A stretch of DNA of 64,000 nucleotides from Polyangiales bacterium. Lineage in GTDB: Bacteria > Myxococcota_A > Polyangia > Polyangiales > Ga0077539. The notes beneath the pieces are model-generated. The model was not told the origin of the DNA, made no database searches, and saw only the letters and a list, made by a program, of their open reading frames with translations. Positions 27,744 to 35,958 of this stretch are shown piece after piece. The translations under genes and the position numbers were made by a program. The stretch is taken from the NCBI GenBank assembly GCA_044229975.1, contig JBGARZ010000012.1, positions 286,525 through 350,524 on the forward strand, read 5' to 3'. Position 1 is the stretch's first letter, and each line of letters opens with the position of its first letter.

Positions 27744-28942
27744 GCCGACACCGCCACGGCGAAGGACGACGCACGGGCCGCGGGGACGCGTGATGAGCGG
27801 GTGAGGCGTGGACCGAAGAAGCGCTCGACGAAGGCGGCGCCGGGGGCGGAGCGGGCGGCGGCGAGGGCGGCGTGTTGCCAGCGCGCGAGGAGGGCGGGGT
27901 CGGCGGCGAGGCGTTCGAGGGAGAGGGCGGCGAGCTCGGTGTCGCGGGTGGCGGCGCCGGCACCGAGGGACTCGACGAGGCGGGCGTGGGGCGCCTCGTG
28001 GGCGTGCCAGTCGAAGGCGACGACGGGGGTTCCGGCGGTGAGGGATTCGGTGACGGACATGGGGCCCGCGCGGAGGAGCGAGACGTCGGCGGCGGCGAGG
28101 CGGTCGGGGAGGTCGGCGACGAAGCCGTGGACGCGGAGCTCGACGTGGCGCAGTGAGCGAGCGAGGGCGGTGAGCGAGCGGCGGAGGTCTTCGCCGTGGC
28201 CGCAGACGGCGTCGATGACGAGGGAGGCGCCGAGGGGGCCCGCGTCGAGGCGGCGCAGGAGGGGGATGAGACGGGAGGCGCTGGTTCCGTCGGCACCGGC
28301 GACGGCGGCGACGCGGAGGCGACCGTCGGCAGAGGGCGCGCGGGTGGTCGCGGCGGAGCGGCAGGGCAGCAGCGGGATGCGAACGACGCGCTCGGGTGCG
28401 ATGCCGACCTCGCGGGCGCGAGCGACGGCGGCATCGGACGCGACGACGTAGCAGTCGGCCTCGGCGAACCACGCGTGATGGGGTTCGTAGTCGAGCATGA
28501 CGACGGCGGTGCGGGGGCGGACGGGGAAGGAGCGCGCGAGGGCGTCGAGGCAGTGGGCGGTGGAGAAGTGGGTGGCGACGAGGAGGTCGGGGGCGAAGGG
28601 GAGGCGAGCGCGCAGGCGCGGGGTGTAGAGGGCGCGCACGACGGGCGAGAGGGCGCGCACGACGGAGCGATGGTCGGTGCCGTTGTAGAAGGCGCGCCAG
28701 AGGGCGTCGGAGTGGGCGCGGACGCGGGCGAGGAAGGGGAGCGAGCGGATCCAACCGCGGTCGTAGAGGTCGACGGTGTGTTGCTCGACGCCGTCGCCGA
28801 ATGCGTCGGTGGCGAGCGACGCGAGGGCGCGGGCGGAGGCGTGGTGGGCGCCGCCGCTACCGGCGCTGAGGTAGGCGATGCGGCGCGGCGGAGGGACCAG
28901 GGTGGGGGCCGAAGCGGGGTTGGACGGACGAGGGCTGAACAT
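27740..28942 (-). CDS. GT-B glycosyltransferase, MGDG-synthase/UgtP-like
   Basis: SAGSGGAHHASARAL, PDLLVATH, DY..HHAW, GFVADL..AADV..RAGPMSVTE..HE..HA. Confidence 0.82.
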   Translation of the reverse strand: MFSPRPSNPASAPTLVPPPRRIAYLSAGSGGAHHASARALASLATDAFGDGVEQHTVDLYDRGWIRSLPFLARVRAHSDALWRAFYNGTDHRSVVRALSPVVRALYTPRLRARLPFAPDLLVATHFSTAHCLDALARSFPVRPRTAVVMLDYEPHHAWFAEADCYVVASDAAVARAREVGIAPERVVRIPLLPCRSAATTRAPSADGRLRVAAVAGADGTSASRLIPLLRRLDAGPLGASLVIDAVCGHGEDLRRSLTALARSLRHVELRVHGFVADLPDRLAAADVSLLRAGPMSVTESLTAGTPVVAFDWHAHEAPHARLVESLGAGAATRDTELAALSLERLAADPALLARWQHAALAAARSAPGAAFVERFFGPRLTRSSRVPAARASSFAVAVSA

Positions 28943-29053
28943 GGGTGTGACGCTCCTCCGGGGACACGCGGTGGTGAGCCGATGGCCCCGACGGAGAGGC
29001 GTTGAGCACGAAGAGGACCAACCGCGATGACAGCGGATTTGCGCGGTGGCGAG

Positions 29054-29105
29054 AGGGGATTGCGCAGGGCGATTGCACAAGCGGGTTGTGCAGTGGGGTT
29101 GCGCA
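29054..29105. promoter_or_regulatory. Four 13-bp direct repeats (core TTGYRCA), candidate regulator sites upstream of the glycosyltransferase-kai gene run
   Basis: AGGGGATTGCGCA, GGGCGATTGCACA, AGCGGGTTGTGCA, GTGGGGTTGCGCA at an exact 13-bp period. The middle pair forms the dyad TGCACAA-N5-TTGTGCA. Confidence 0.5.
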
Positions 29106-29156
29106 CGGGGCGGGCGGGCGGGGTAGCGGGGCGAGCGGTGGGCGGGGGGCGGGCGG

Positions 29157-29205
29157 GCGGTCACTGGGGGCCACGCCGCGGCGTCCGCGCGGCGCACGAC
29201 GGTCA
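29157..29205 (-). repeat. Single inverted copy of the 53-bp repeat unit found at 31482-31767
   Basis: Reverse complement reads TGACCGTCGTGCGCCGCGCGGACGCCGCGGCGTGGCCCCCAGTGACCGC, matching the array units. Confidence 0.8.
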
Positions 29206-29302
29206 CATCAACGCGCCCGACCTTGCTGAGATCCGGACATGCCTCCTATAAGCGACCGTCGTTCGGATCACGGCGGGTGGTCGTCGCCTCGGAGGAGCAT
29301 TC

Positions 29303-31186
29303 ATGCGGCGGATGGCCAGCGGACTGACGGCGACGATGCTCGCCGCAATCGTCGTCGCCGGGTGTGAGCGCCCGCGCACGGAGCTGGTGGTGCGCGTCGA
29401 CTCCGAGGTCGCGTGGGGACCATCCGCGACGGTGCAGGCCATCACGCTCACGGTTCGACGCGGCGGCCCGTCTGGGGTCCTGCGCAGCCAGCGCACGACG
29501 ACGCTCGGCACGGACGACGGACGCCTCCCGCTGCCACTCCGGGTGGGGGTGCTTGCCTCGGACGACGACACCGAGACGCCCGTCTGGCTGGAGGCGCTCG
29601 GGTGCAGCAACCCCAACGGCTGCACGCCCGCGACGGCGGTGGTCGCGCAGCGCGCGGTGGTGCGCTTCGGCCGGCGGCAGACGGTGGAGGTGCCGCTGCT
29701 GCTGGCGTCGGCGTGCGTGGGCGTCGTGTGTCGGAGCGATCAGCGCTGCGAGGCGGGGCAGTGTGAGGCGGCGACGACGGCGCCCGTCGGCGGCGTGGAC
29801 GCGGGCACGCGGGACGCCGTGGTCGATCGGGTGACGGCGGTCGACAGCGGGACGACGGATCTCGGGAGTGATGTGGGCGGCACGGACGCGGTGGCGTTTG
29901 ACGGGCCCTCGAGTTGCGGCGCGTTGGAACTCTCCTGCGGAGGCGCCTGCCGCCGGGTGCTCACCGATCCGATGCACTGCGGCGACTGCAACGTGATGTG
30001 CCCCACGGTCGCTGGCGCGACGGCGACGTGCATGGGCGGGCGCTGCGGGTACTCGTGCGACGGTGCCCACGCCGACTGCGACGAGCGCGCGAGCAATGGG
30101 TGTGAGTCCGAGCGAGCCGTGGACCACGCGAACTGCGGCCGGTGCGGGATGGCGTGTACCGACGCCCAGGAGTGTCGCGATGGCGCGTGCGGCGCGTGCG
30201 GGACTGGCCGTGAGTGGTGCACGGGACTCGGCTGCACAACCCTCCGAGACAACGACATGAATTGCGGAGGATGCGGCACTGTTTGCCCGCTCGGATATGT
30301 CTGCCGAGGGTTCTCCTGCACCGCCAACGTCTGCGACGCGGGAGTGCCAGTGGATGCGGAGGGGCGCGCGATCTGGTTGCAGTGCCCGGGCGGGTGCGTG
30401 GACACGGAGCACGACCCACGAAACTGCGGGCGTTGCGGGAACGTCTGCCCGCCGGAAAACGCCACTTGTTACGGTGGTGGGTGTCGGGATGGGATGTGCC
30501 CCCAGGGCTTCCGTCTGCTGCCCGCAGGTTCGTTCATGATGGGTGGCGACGACGCAGGTCCCTTGCACCGCGTCACCTTCGCCCGCGCCTCTTGCATCAT
30601 GGATCACGAGGTCACGGCAGTGGAGTATTCCAACTGTCGCGACCGTGGGTGCGTGGAACCCACGACAAGCGCAGCGTGCCCTTCGTCGACGCTAAACTGG
30701 CCCACCACGGGGCATGATTGGCTGTCGGTAAACTGTCTGCCGTGGTCGGCCGCTGATGCCTACTGCCGCACGATGGTCGGTCGTCTGCCGACCGAAGCTG
30801 AGTGGGAGTACGCCGCACGCGGTACCGACGGTCGCGCATACCCGTGGGGCAACGCGGCACCCTCCGTCACAGACACCCCGCAGCGCCTTTGTTGGAATCG
30901 AACGGACGGCTCCTGCGACTGGCGAGAGTTCACGGCGGGCGCGTCTGCGTTTCACGCCTTTCACATGGCGGGCAACCTCGCCGAGTGGGTCGCGGATTGG
31001 CACGGCGCGTATCCATCGGGCGCGCAATCCGACCCGCGCGGGCCTTCCTCAGGGACGGAGCGAGTGGTGCGTGGCGGCTCGTGGATGCAATCGACGCCGA
31101 GTGCGTTTACAGCCACGGCGCGAGCAAGTGCTCCTCCCACTACGGCGAGCGCGGCCTACGGGTTCCGCTGCATCTGGACGCCTTGA
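29303..31186 (+). CDS. Lipoprotein with Cys-rich repeats and a C-terminal FGE-sulfatase (SUMF1/CLec-fold) domain
   Basis: VVAGC lipobox; D..NCG.CG repeats; F.MG, HEVT, RLPTEAEWEYAARG, YPWG, MAGNLAEW, RVVRGGSW, GFRC. Confidence 0.92.
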   Translation: MRRMASGLTATMLAAIVVAGCERPRTELVVRVDSEVAWGPSATVQAITLTVRRGGPSGVLRSQRTTTLGTDDGRLPLPLRVGVLASDDDTETPVWLEALGCSNPNGCTPATAVVAQRAVVRFGRRQTVEVPLLLASACVGVVCRSDQRCEAGQCEAATTAPVGGVDAGTRDAVVDRVTAVDSGTTDLGSDVGGTDAVAFDGPSSCGALELSCGGACRRVLTDPMHCGDCNVMCPTVAGATATCMGGRCGYSCDGAHADCDERASNGCESERAVDHANCGRCGMACTDAQECRDGACGACGTGREWCTGLGCTTLRDNDMNCGGCGTVCPLGYVCRGFSCTANVCDAGVPVDAEGRAIWLQCPGGCVDTEHDPRNCGRCGNVCPPENATCYGGGCRDGMCPQGFRLLPAGSFMMGGDDAGPLHRVTFARASCIMDHEVTAVEYSNCRDRGCVEPTTSAACPSSTLNWPTTGHDWLSVNCLPWSAADAYCRTMVGRLPTEAEWEYAARGTDGRAYPWGNAAPSVTDTPQRLCWNRTDGSCDWREFTAGASAFHAFHMAGNLAEWVADWHGAYPSGAQSDPRGPSSGTERVVRGGSWMQSTPSAFTATARASAPPTTASAAYGFRCIWTP

Positions 31187-31191
31187 GTGGT

Positions 31192-31416
31192 TCAGTAGCG
31201 CGCTGCCAACCCTTGGGTTGCCCGACTCCCCTGCTTGAACCGCCGGACTTCCTCTGGTGAGCCGCGCGCCTCTTCCCCATGAGCCGCCGAGCTCCTGCCC
31301 CATCAGTTGAGCGCCTGTCGCTCGCCAGTCGCCCGTCTCCCGCTTGTGAGTCGCTTGCCTCCTCCCGCCGAGTCACCCACCTCCCGCCCGTGAGTTGCCC
31401 GCCTCCTCCCGGTGAG
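31192..31416. repeat. Degenerate 22-bp tandem array (10 units)
   Basis: Units start at 31192, 31214, 31236, 31258, 31280, 31303, 31325, 31347, 31369, 31391 (plus TGAG at 31413). Approximate consensus TGAGTCGCCCGCCTCCYSCCNN. Confidence 0.72.
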
Positions 31417-31481
31417 GGTCGCGACCCCCATGCCAACGGTCGCCCACCGCCTGATCGCACAATTCGTCATCCCGTACGAAA

Positions 31482-31767
31482 GCCCCGGCGACTGCGGGCC
31501 TGACCGTTGCGCGCCGCGCTGACGCTGCGGCGTGGCCCCGGTGACTGCGGGCCTGACCGTTGCGCACCGCGCTGACGCCGCGGCGTAAGGCCGGTGACTG
31601 CGGACCCGACCGTTGCGCGCCGCGCTGACGCTGCGGCGTGGGCCCCGGTGACTGCGAGCCTGACCGTCGCGCGCCGCGCTGACGCTGCGGCGTAAGCCCG
31701 GGTACTGCGGACCTGACCGTTGCGCGCGGCGCGGACGCCGCGGCGTGGGCCCACCCACTGCGGGCCC
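31482..31767 (+). repeat. 53-54-bp tandem array (5 units plus a partial unit)
   Basis: Units at 31482, 31535, 31588, 31641, 31695, consensus GCCCCGGTGACTGCGGRCCTGACCGTTGCGCGCCGCGCTGACGCYGCGGCGTR. Unit ends alternate GTG/GTA. Internal palindrome ACGCCGCGGCGT. Confidence 0.93.
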
Positions 31768-31771
31768 CGGC

Positions 31772-32578
31772 TCACTCCACCGTCGCGAAGAACTCCTCCA
31801 GCGCGCTCGTCACCGCCGCGGGCTCCTCCAGCGTCGTCGTGTGCCCCGCGCGGGCGACCGCGACGAAGCGCGCCCCCGCGATGCCCTCCGCCGTGCGCCT
31901 CGCTCGCGCTGCGACCACGGCCCGATCGCCCTCCCCCGAGATCACCTGCGTCGGCGTCTTGATGCGCCCGAGGAGGTGCGTCACCGGGCGGCGCATGAGC
32001 ACACCCTCGATGGCCACCTCCACGGCGCGCGGATCGAGGGCCGCCAGCTCCGCGCGCAGTGCCTCGCGCTCGACGACGCGCGCCGGGTCGGTGAGGAAGT
32101 CCTCGCCAAACATGATCCGCATGACCCGCGACGACAGCGGACCAACCCCGAAGGCGCGCGCCCCGAGGGTCATCGCGCGGTACTTCGGGATGCTCGCCCG
32201 TGGCTCGGCGTCGGCCGCGCTGGCGATGAGGGTGAGCGAGCGCAGCAGGTCGGGGCGGTAGACCGCGAGGCGCAGCCCGACGAAGCCGCCCATGGAGAGC
32301 CCGACGAAGTGGCACGGGCCCACGCCGAGCGCCTCGATGACGGCGGCGGCGTCGTCGGCGAGCGTGTCCATGTCGCATCCCTCGCGGGTGAAGGCGCTGC
32401 GGCCCTGCGAGCGGAAGTCGAAGCGCACGCACCGTCGCGTGCCCCGCAGCGCCGCCACCTGCGGCTCGAACATCGCGCCGCTCCAGAGCAGCCCGTGCGC
32501 GAACACCACCGGGGTCAGCGCGCCGTCGCCGGTGTCTTCGTAGTAGAGGTCGGCGCCGTGGACGTTGAGGCGGGGCAT
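31772..32578 (-). CDS. Alpha/beta fold hydrolase
   Basis: AHGL, FDFRSQGRS, GLSMGG nucleophile elbow, GEGD, AGH. Confidence 0.92.
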   Translation of the reverse strand: MPRLNVHGADLYYEDTGDGALTPVVFAHGLLWSGAMFEPQVAALRGTRRCVRFDFRSQGRSAFTREGCDMDTLADDAAAVIEALGVGPCHFVGLSMGGFVGLRLAVYRPDLLRSLTLIASAADAEPRASIPKYRAMTLGARAFGVGPLSSRVMRIMFGEDFLTDPARVVEREALRAELAALDPRAVEVAIEGVLMRRPVTHLLGRIKTPTQVISGEGDRAVVAARARRTAEGIAGARFVAVARAGHTTTLEEPAAVTSALEEFFATVE

Positions 32579-32707
32579 CGCGTGGGTGCATCGCCCGGAC
32601 GACGCCACGCGGTCAACTGCGACGAACTGACGTTCGGGGGAGGCGTCACGTGACGAAGCCCCGCGTTGCACCCGCGCGCGCCCTGCGTGTAGCTTCCGCC
32701 GTCGACA

Positions 32708-32989
32708 ATGCACGCGGTGGTTCCACGCAACGGGGTGCGCTACGAGCTGACGTTTCGCGAAGGCGACGCGGCCTCCGCCCGCTATGACGCCGAGGTCTTC
32801 GCCAACGGCGTCACCGGCCGCGCCCTCGTCCACATCCGCCGCGACGGCGCCTCCGTCGAGGGCCCTCCCTCGGACATCGCCGACGCCCACCTCGCGCAGC
32901 TCCTCGCGCTCGCCAAGACCCTCGGCAAGCGCGACGACGCCCCGTGGCCGCGGCGCATCAACCGATGGCGCTCTCCCGGCGTCCGCTGA
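32708..32989 (+). CDS. Hypothetical protein
   Basis: 93-aa ORF with typical codon bias, overlapping the next gene. Confidence 0.6.
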   Translation: MHAVVPRNGVRYELTFREGDAASARYDAEVFANGVTGRALVHIRRDGASVEGPPSDIADAHLAQLLALAKTLGKRDDAPWPRRINRWRSPGVR

Positions 32990-34128
32990 CCATCGCGCGA
33001 CCCGCGGCGCTCGCCCTCGCGGCCGCGCTCGCCGTCCCGTCGGTGGCGCGCGCGCAGACCGCCGACGCCCCCGAGGTCGCCCTCGTCACCATCGGCCCCG
33101 GCGACGACGTCTTCTCGCGCTTCGGCCACGCCGCCCTCTGCGTGCGCGACCCCGCCACCCCGCAGGGCCGCTGTTACAACTACGGAACCGCCGACTTCAC
33201 CACGCCCGCCCCCCTCACCTGGGCGGTGCTCCGCGGCCGCGGCCGCTTCTGGGTCTCCATCGTCGACGAGCCCGCCATGGTCGCCCACTACGCCCGCGTC
33301 GAAGACCGCACCGTCTGGCGCCAGGTGCTCGCGCTCCCGCCCGAAGCGCGCCGCCGCCTCGCCGATCGCCTCGCCTGGGACGCCCTGCCCGCCCATCGCC
33401 ACTACGTCTATCACCACTATCGCGACAACTGCACGACGCGCCTCCGCGACCACCTCGACGCCGTCTCCGACCACGCCCTCGCCCCCGCTCGCACCACCGT
33501 CACCGAGCGCTCGTGGCGCGATCGCACCCGCGAAGGATTCGCCAGCGACCTGCGCCTCCTCGGCCTCGTCGAGCTCCTCCTCGGCAGCACCCTCGACGCC
33601 CCCATGAACCGCTGGGAAGAGATGTTTCTCCCATCCGTGTTGCGCGAAGAAGTGGGCCGCGTCCTCAACTCCCCCGGCGTCGCCGTCTCGACCCGCGTGC
33701 GCCCGCTGCCCGAGGGAGAGCCCACCCGGGGCGTTGGTGTTGTCATCGGCTACGCCGTCGCGCTCGCGCTCCTCGGGCTCGTCGGCGGATCATCCCGACC
33801 GCGCTTCCTCGCCGCTCCCGCGCGGGTGATCGCGGCCGTCGCGCTGGCGGTTCCGGGCCTCGTGCTGTGGCTGATGGTGGCCGCCTCCACGCTCCCGGAG
33901 CTGCGCCACAACGCCGTCGCGCTGGTGCTCTTCCCGACCGACCTCGCGCTGGCGTGGCCGTCGACGTGGCGGCGCTACGGTCGCGCGCGCCTCGTGCTAC
34001 TGGTGCTGTCGTTGCTGGCGTGGTGCGCGGGGTGGTTCGCGCAGTCGGCGGTGGGAGTGCTCTCGCTCGGGGCGCTGCTCTGCGTCGGCGCGCTCACCCG
34101 CTCGGAGCGGGCGCGGCCTACGGAGTGA
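32965..34128 (+). CDS. DUF4105 (Lnb-like) membrane protein
   Basis: L.TIGPG..FGHAAL, YNYG, Y.YHHYRDNCTTR, MFLP, followed by several TM helices. Confidence 0.85.
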   Translation: MALSRRPLTIARPAALALAAALAVPSVARAQTADAPEVALVTIGPGDDVFSRFGHAALCVRDPATPQGRCYNYGTADFTTPAPLTWAVLRGRGRFWVSIVDEPAMVAHYARVEDRTVWRQVLALPPEARRRLADRLAWDALPAHRHYVYHHYRDNCTTRLRDHLDAVSDHALAPARTTVTERSWRDRTREGFASDLRLLGLVELLLGSTLDAPMNRWEEMFLPSVLREEVGRVLNSPGVAVSTRVRPLPEGEPTRGVGVVIGYAVALALLGLVGGSSRPRFLAAPARVIAAVALAVPGLVLWLMVAASTLPELRHNAVALVLFPTDLALAWPSTWRRYGRARLVLLVLSLLAWCAGWFAQSAVGVLSLGALLCVGALTRSERARPTE

Positions 34129-35875
34129 CCGTCGTGCGGATGGGCATCGCGGTGTACTGCCGCCGCTCGCGGTAGGCCGCCATCTCGTCGGGCGAGATGG
34201 CGCGGCCGATGATGAAGAGGTCATCGACCGTTCCGTGGATGCCGAGCTGGGCTTCGCCGTCGTTCATGTCGGCGCCGATGACCACCGGGGCGGGCGGGTA
34301 CTGGATGGGCGCCTCCGGGGGGTACACGCAGGTGTTGGGGGCCTGCATGCCGTCGACGGTGCCGGGGCAGAGATACGGGCACGCCTGCCAACACGTTGGC
34401 GTTCCGGCGCCGCCGTCGGGGAGGTCGCCGGGGTAGCAGGGCGCGACCAGCGGCTGCGACATGGGGACGGCCGGGTTGGCCGGGCAGTAGCGACCGCCCG
34501 GCGGGAAGAGGTCGAGCTGCTGGGGATAGTCGTAGGCGTTGCCGTCGTAGTAGCTGCGGCGGATGGTGTGGGGCCGCTGCGTGGTGTCGAGGGTGAACGC
34601 CAGGAAGTGCCAGTGGTTGGTGAAGGCCGCGCCCGAGAGCGGCTGCGTGGTGGTGATGTGCGCGTACTGCATCACGTCGGTGCACGGCTCGACGCACGAG
34701 TTGCCCTGGTAGAGCGTGTCGTCCTCGCCGTCGCCGCGGAAGAAGATCGCCCACGGGTTGAAGATGGCGTTGTTGACGATGTGCGGATCGGTCTCGGGCA
34801 GCCGCCAGAACGCCGCGCGCGTCGTCTGGTCGGGCATGCCGAAGCACACCACCGTCTGGAAGTTGTCGGTGAAGTGGTTGGACGGCGTGGTGGGGTTGAC
34901 CCACACGCCGACGGTGAGCTGCTCGCGCGCCGTGTTGAAGGGCGCCGGGCTGGTCGAGCGCCAGTTGATCACGCGGTTGGGCGAGATCATCAGGCCCGAC
35001 GCCTTGAGCACCGGCACGCTCGGGAAGTTGAGCGAGTGCTGGTTGCGCGTGAAGCGACCGGCGGCGTTGAGCAGCGACGGGGGCGAGTCGTCGCTCCAGA
35101 GCGGCGGGCGGGTGGCCACGTCGACGGGCGGCGAGTCGTAGGGCGTCTGGAGGATGTACGCGTCAAACGGAACCGCCGCCGGACCGCCGACGGGGCAGGT
35201 GCGGGAGCCGGTTCCTTCGTCGAAGGTGTACGCGCCGACGAGGTTGGGGGCCTGGTAGGGGACGCGGTCGAAGGTGTCGTCGTAGCTCTGCGCGGCGGGT
35301 ACGGCGGTGGCGCCGCCGTAGTGCATCGTGAGCGTGGTGGTTCCGGCGGCGATGGAGGGCGCGCGCACCCAGACGATGCCCATGGCGCAATCGGTGACGA
35401 AGTGCGGCGCCCACTCGTTGGTCGCGGTGCGGAAGACGAGACGGTCGCAGGTCGCGCCGATGGCGGTGCGCACGGCCATGGGGAGCTCGACGCGCACCTG
35501 GAGGTTGGTGAGCGGCCCGGTGGCGCCGGTGATGGCGACGCTGCCGTGCGACGGGAGCCCGCAGTCGGGACGACCCGCACAGGGATCGGTGCGCGCGGGC
35601 GCCACGTACGGGGTACACGCAGGGCGCGTGTCGGGGACATCGGGGCGGGGGCCGCTGTCGACGGGGGGCGGATCACCGCCGTCCACGGGTACGAGCATCC
35701 CGTCGACCTCGATGAAGCCGCGGTCGGTGGGGGGCACCACGGGCATGTCGTTGGGGTCGGTGCCTCCGTCGTCCGTTCCTTCCGGGGGCATCAGGCTCCC
35801 ACGCGTCGGACACGCGGCGGAGAGCAACCCCAGCGCCACCAGCGGAACACCCAGTCGAAGCGAGCGCGTACCCAT
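34118..35875 (-). CDS. Lipoprotein with DUF2341-like and LamG-like domains
   Basis: LSAAC lipobox; LTNLQVRV..VWVRAPSI..MHYG; YTFDEGTG, TVGVWV, WHFLAFT, VDDLFIIGRAIS. Confidence 0.8.
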   Translation of the reverse strand: MGTRSLRLGVPLVALGLLSAACPTRGSLMPPEGTDDGGTDPNDMPVVPPTDRGFIEVDGMLVPVDGGDPPPVDSGPRPDVPDTRPACTPYVAPARTDPCAGRPDCGLPSHGSVAITGATGPLTNLQVRVELPMAVRTAIGATCDRLVFRTATNEWAPHFVTDCAMGIVWVRAPSIAAGTTTLTMHYGGATAVPAAQSYDDTFDRVPYQAPNLVGAYTFDEGTGSRTCPVGGPAAVPFDAYILQTPYDSPPVDVATRPPLWSDDSPPSLLNAAGRFTRNQHSLNFPSVPVLKASGLMISPNRVINWRSTSPAPFNTAREQLTVGVWVNPTTPSNHFTDNFQTVVCFGMPDQTTRAAFWRLPETDPHIVNNAIFNPWAIFFRGDGEDDTLYQGNSCVEPCTDVMQYAHITTTQPLSGAAFTNHWHFLAFTLDTTQRPHTIRRSYYDGNAYDYPQQLDLFPPGGRYCPANPAVPMSQPLVAPCYPGDLPDGGAGTPTCWQACPYLCPGTVDGMQAPNTCVYPPEAPIQYPPAPVVIGADMNDGEAQLGIHGTVDDLFIIGRAISPDEMAAYRERRQYTAMPIRTTVTP

Positions 35876-35958
35876 AGGCCACTCAACCTATCGGTCGGCG
35901 GGCATCCCGTCGAGGGACGTGATGCGCGGCGCCGGTGGTACGGTGCGCGTCGCCGTCG

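Noticed and set aside
30900..31480. Complete diversity-generating retroelement at the FGE gene
   Set aside because: No reverse transcriptase, no avd-like gene and no second copy of the 3' region differing at adenines within the window. Only a remote-target possibility remains.
31482..31767. CRISPR array
   Set aside because: Units are contiguous near-identical 53-mers with no unique spacers, and there are no cas genes in the window.
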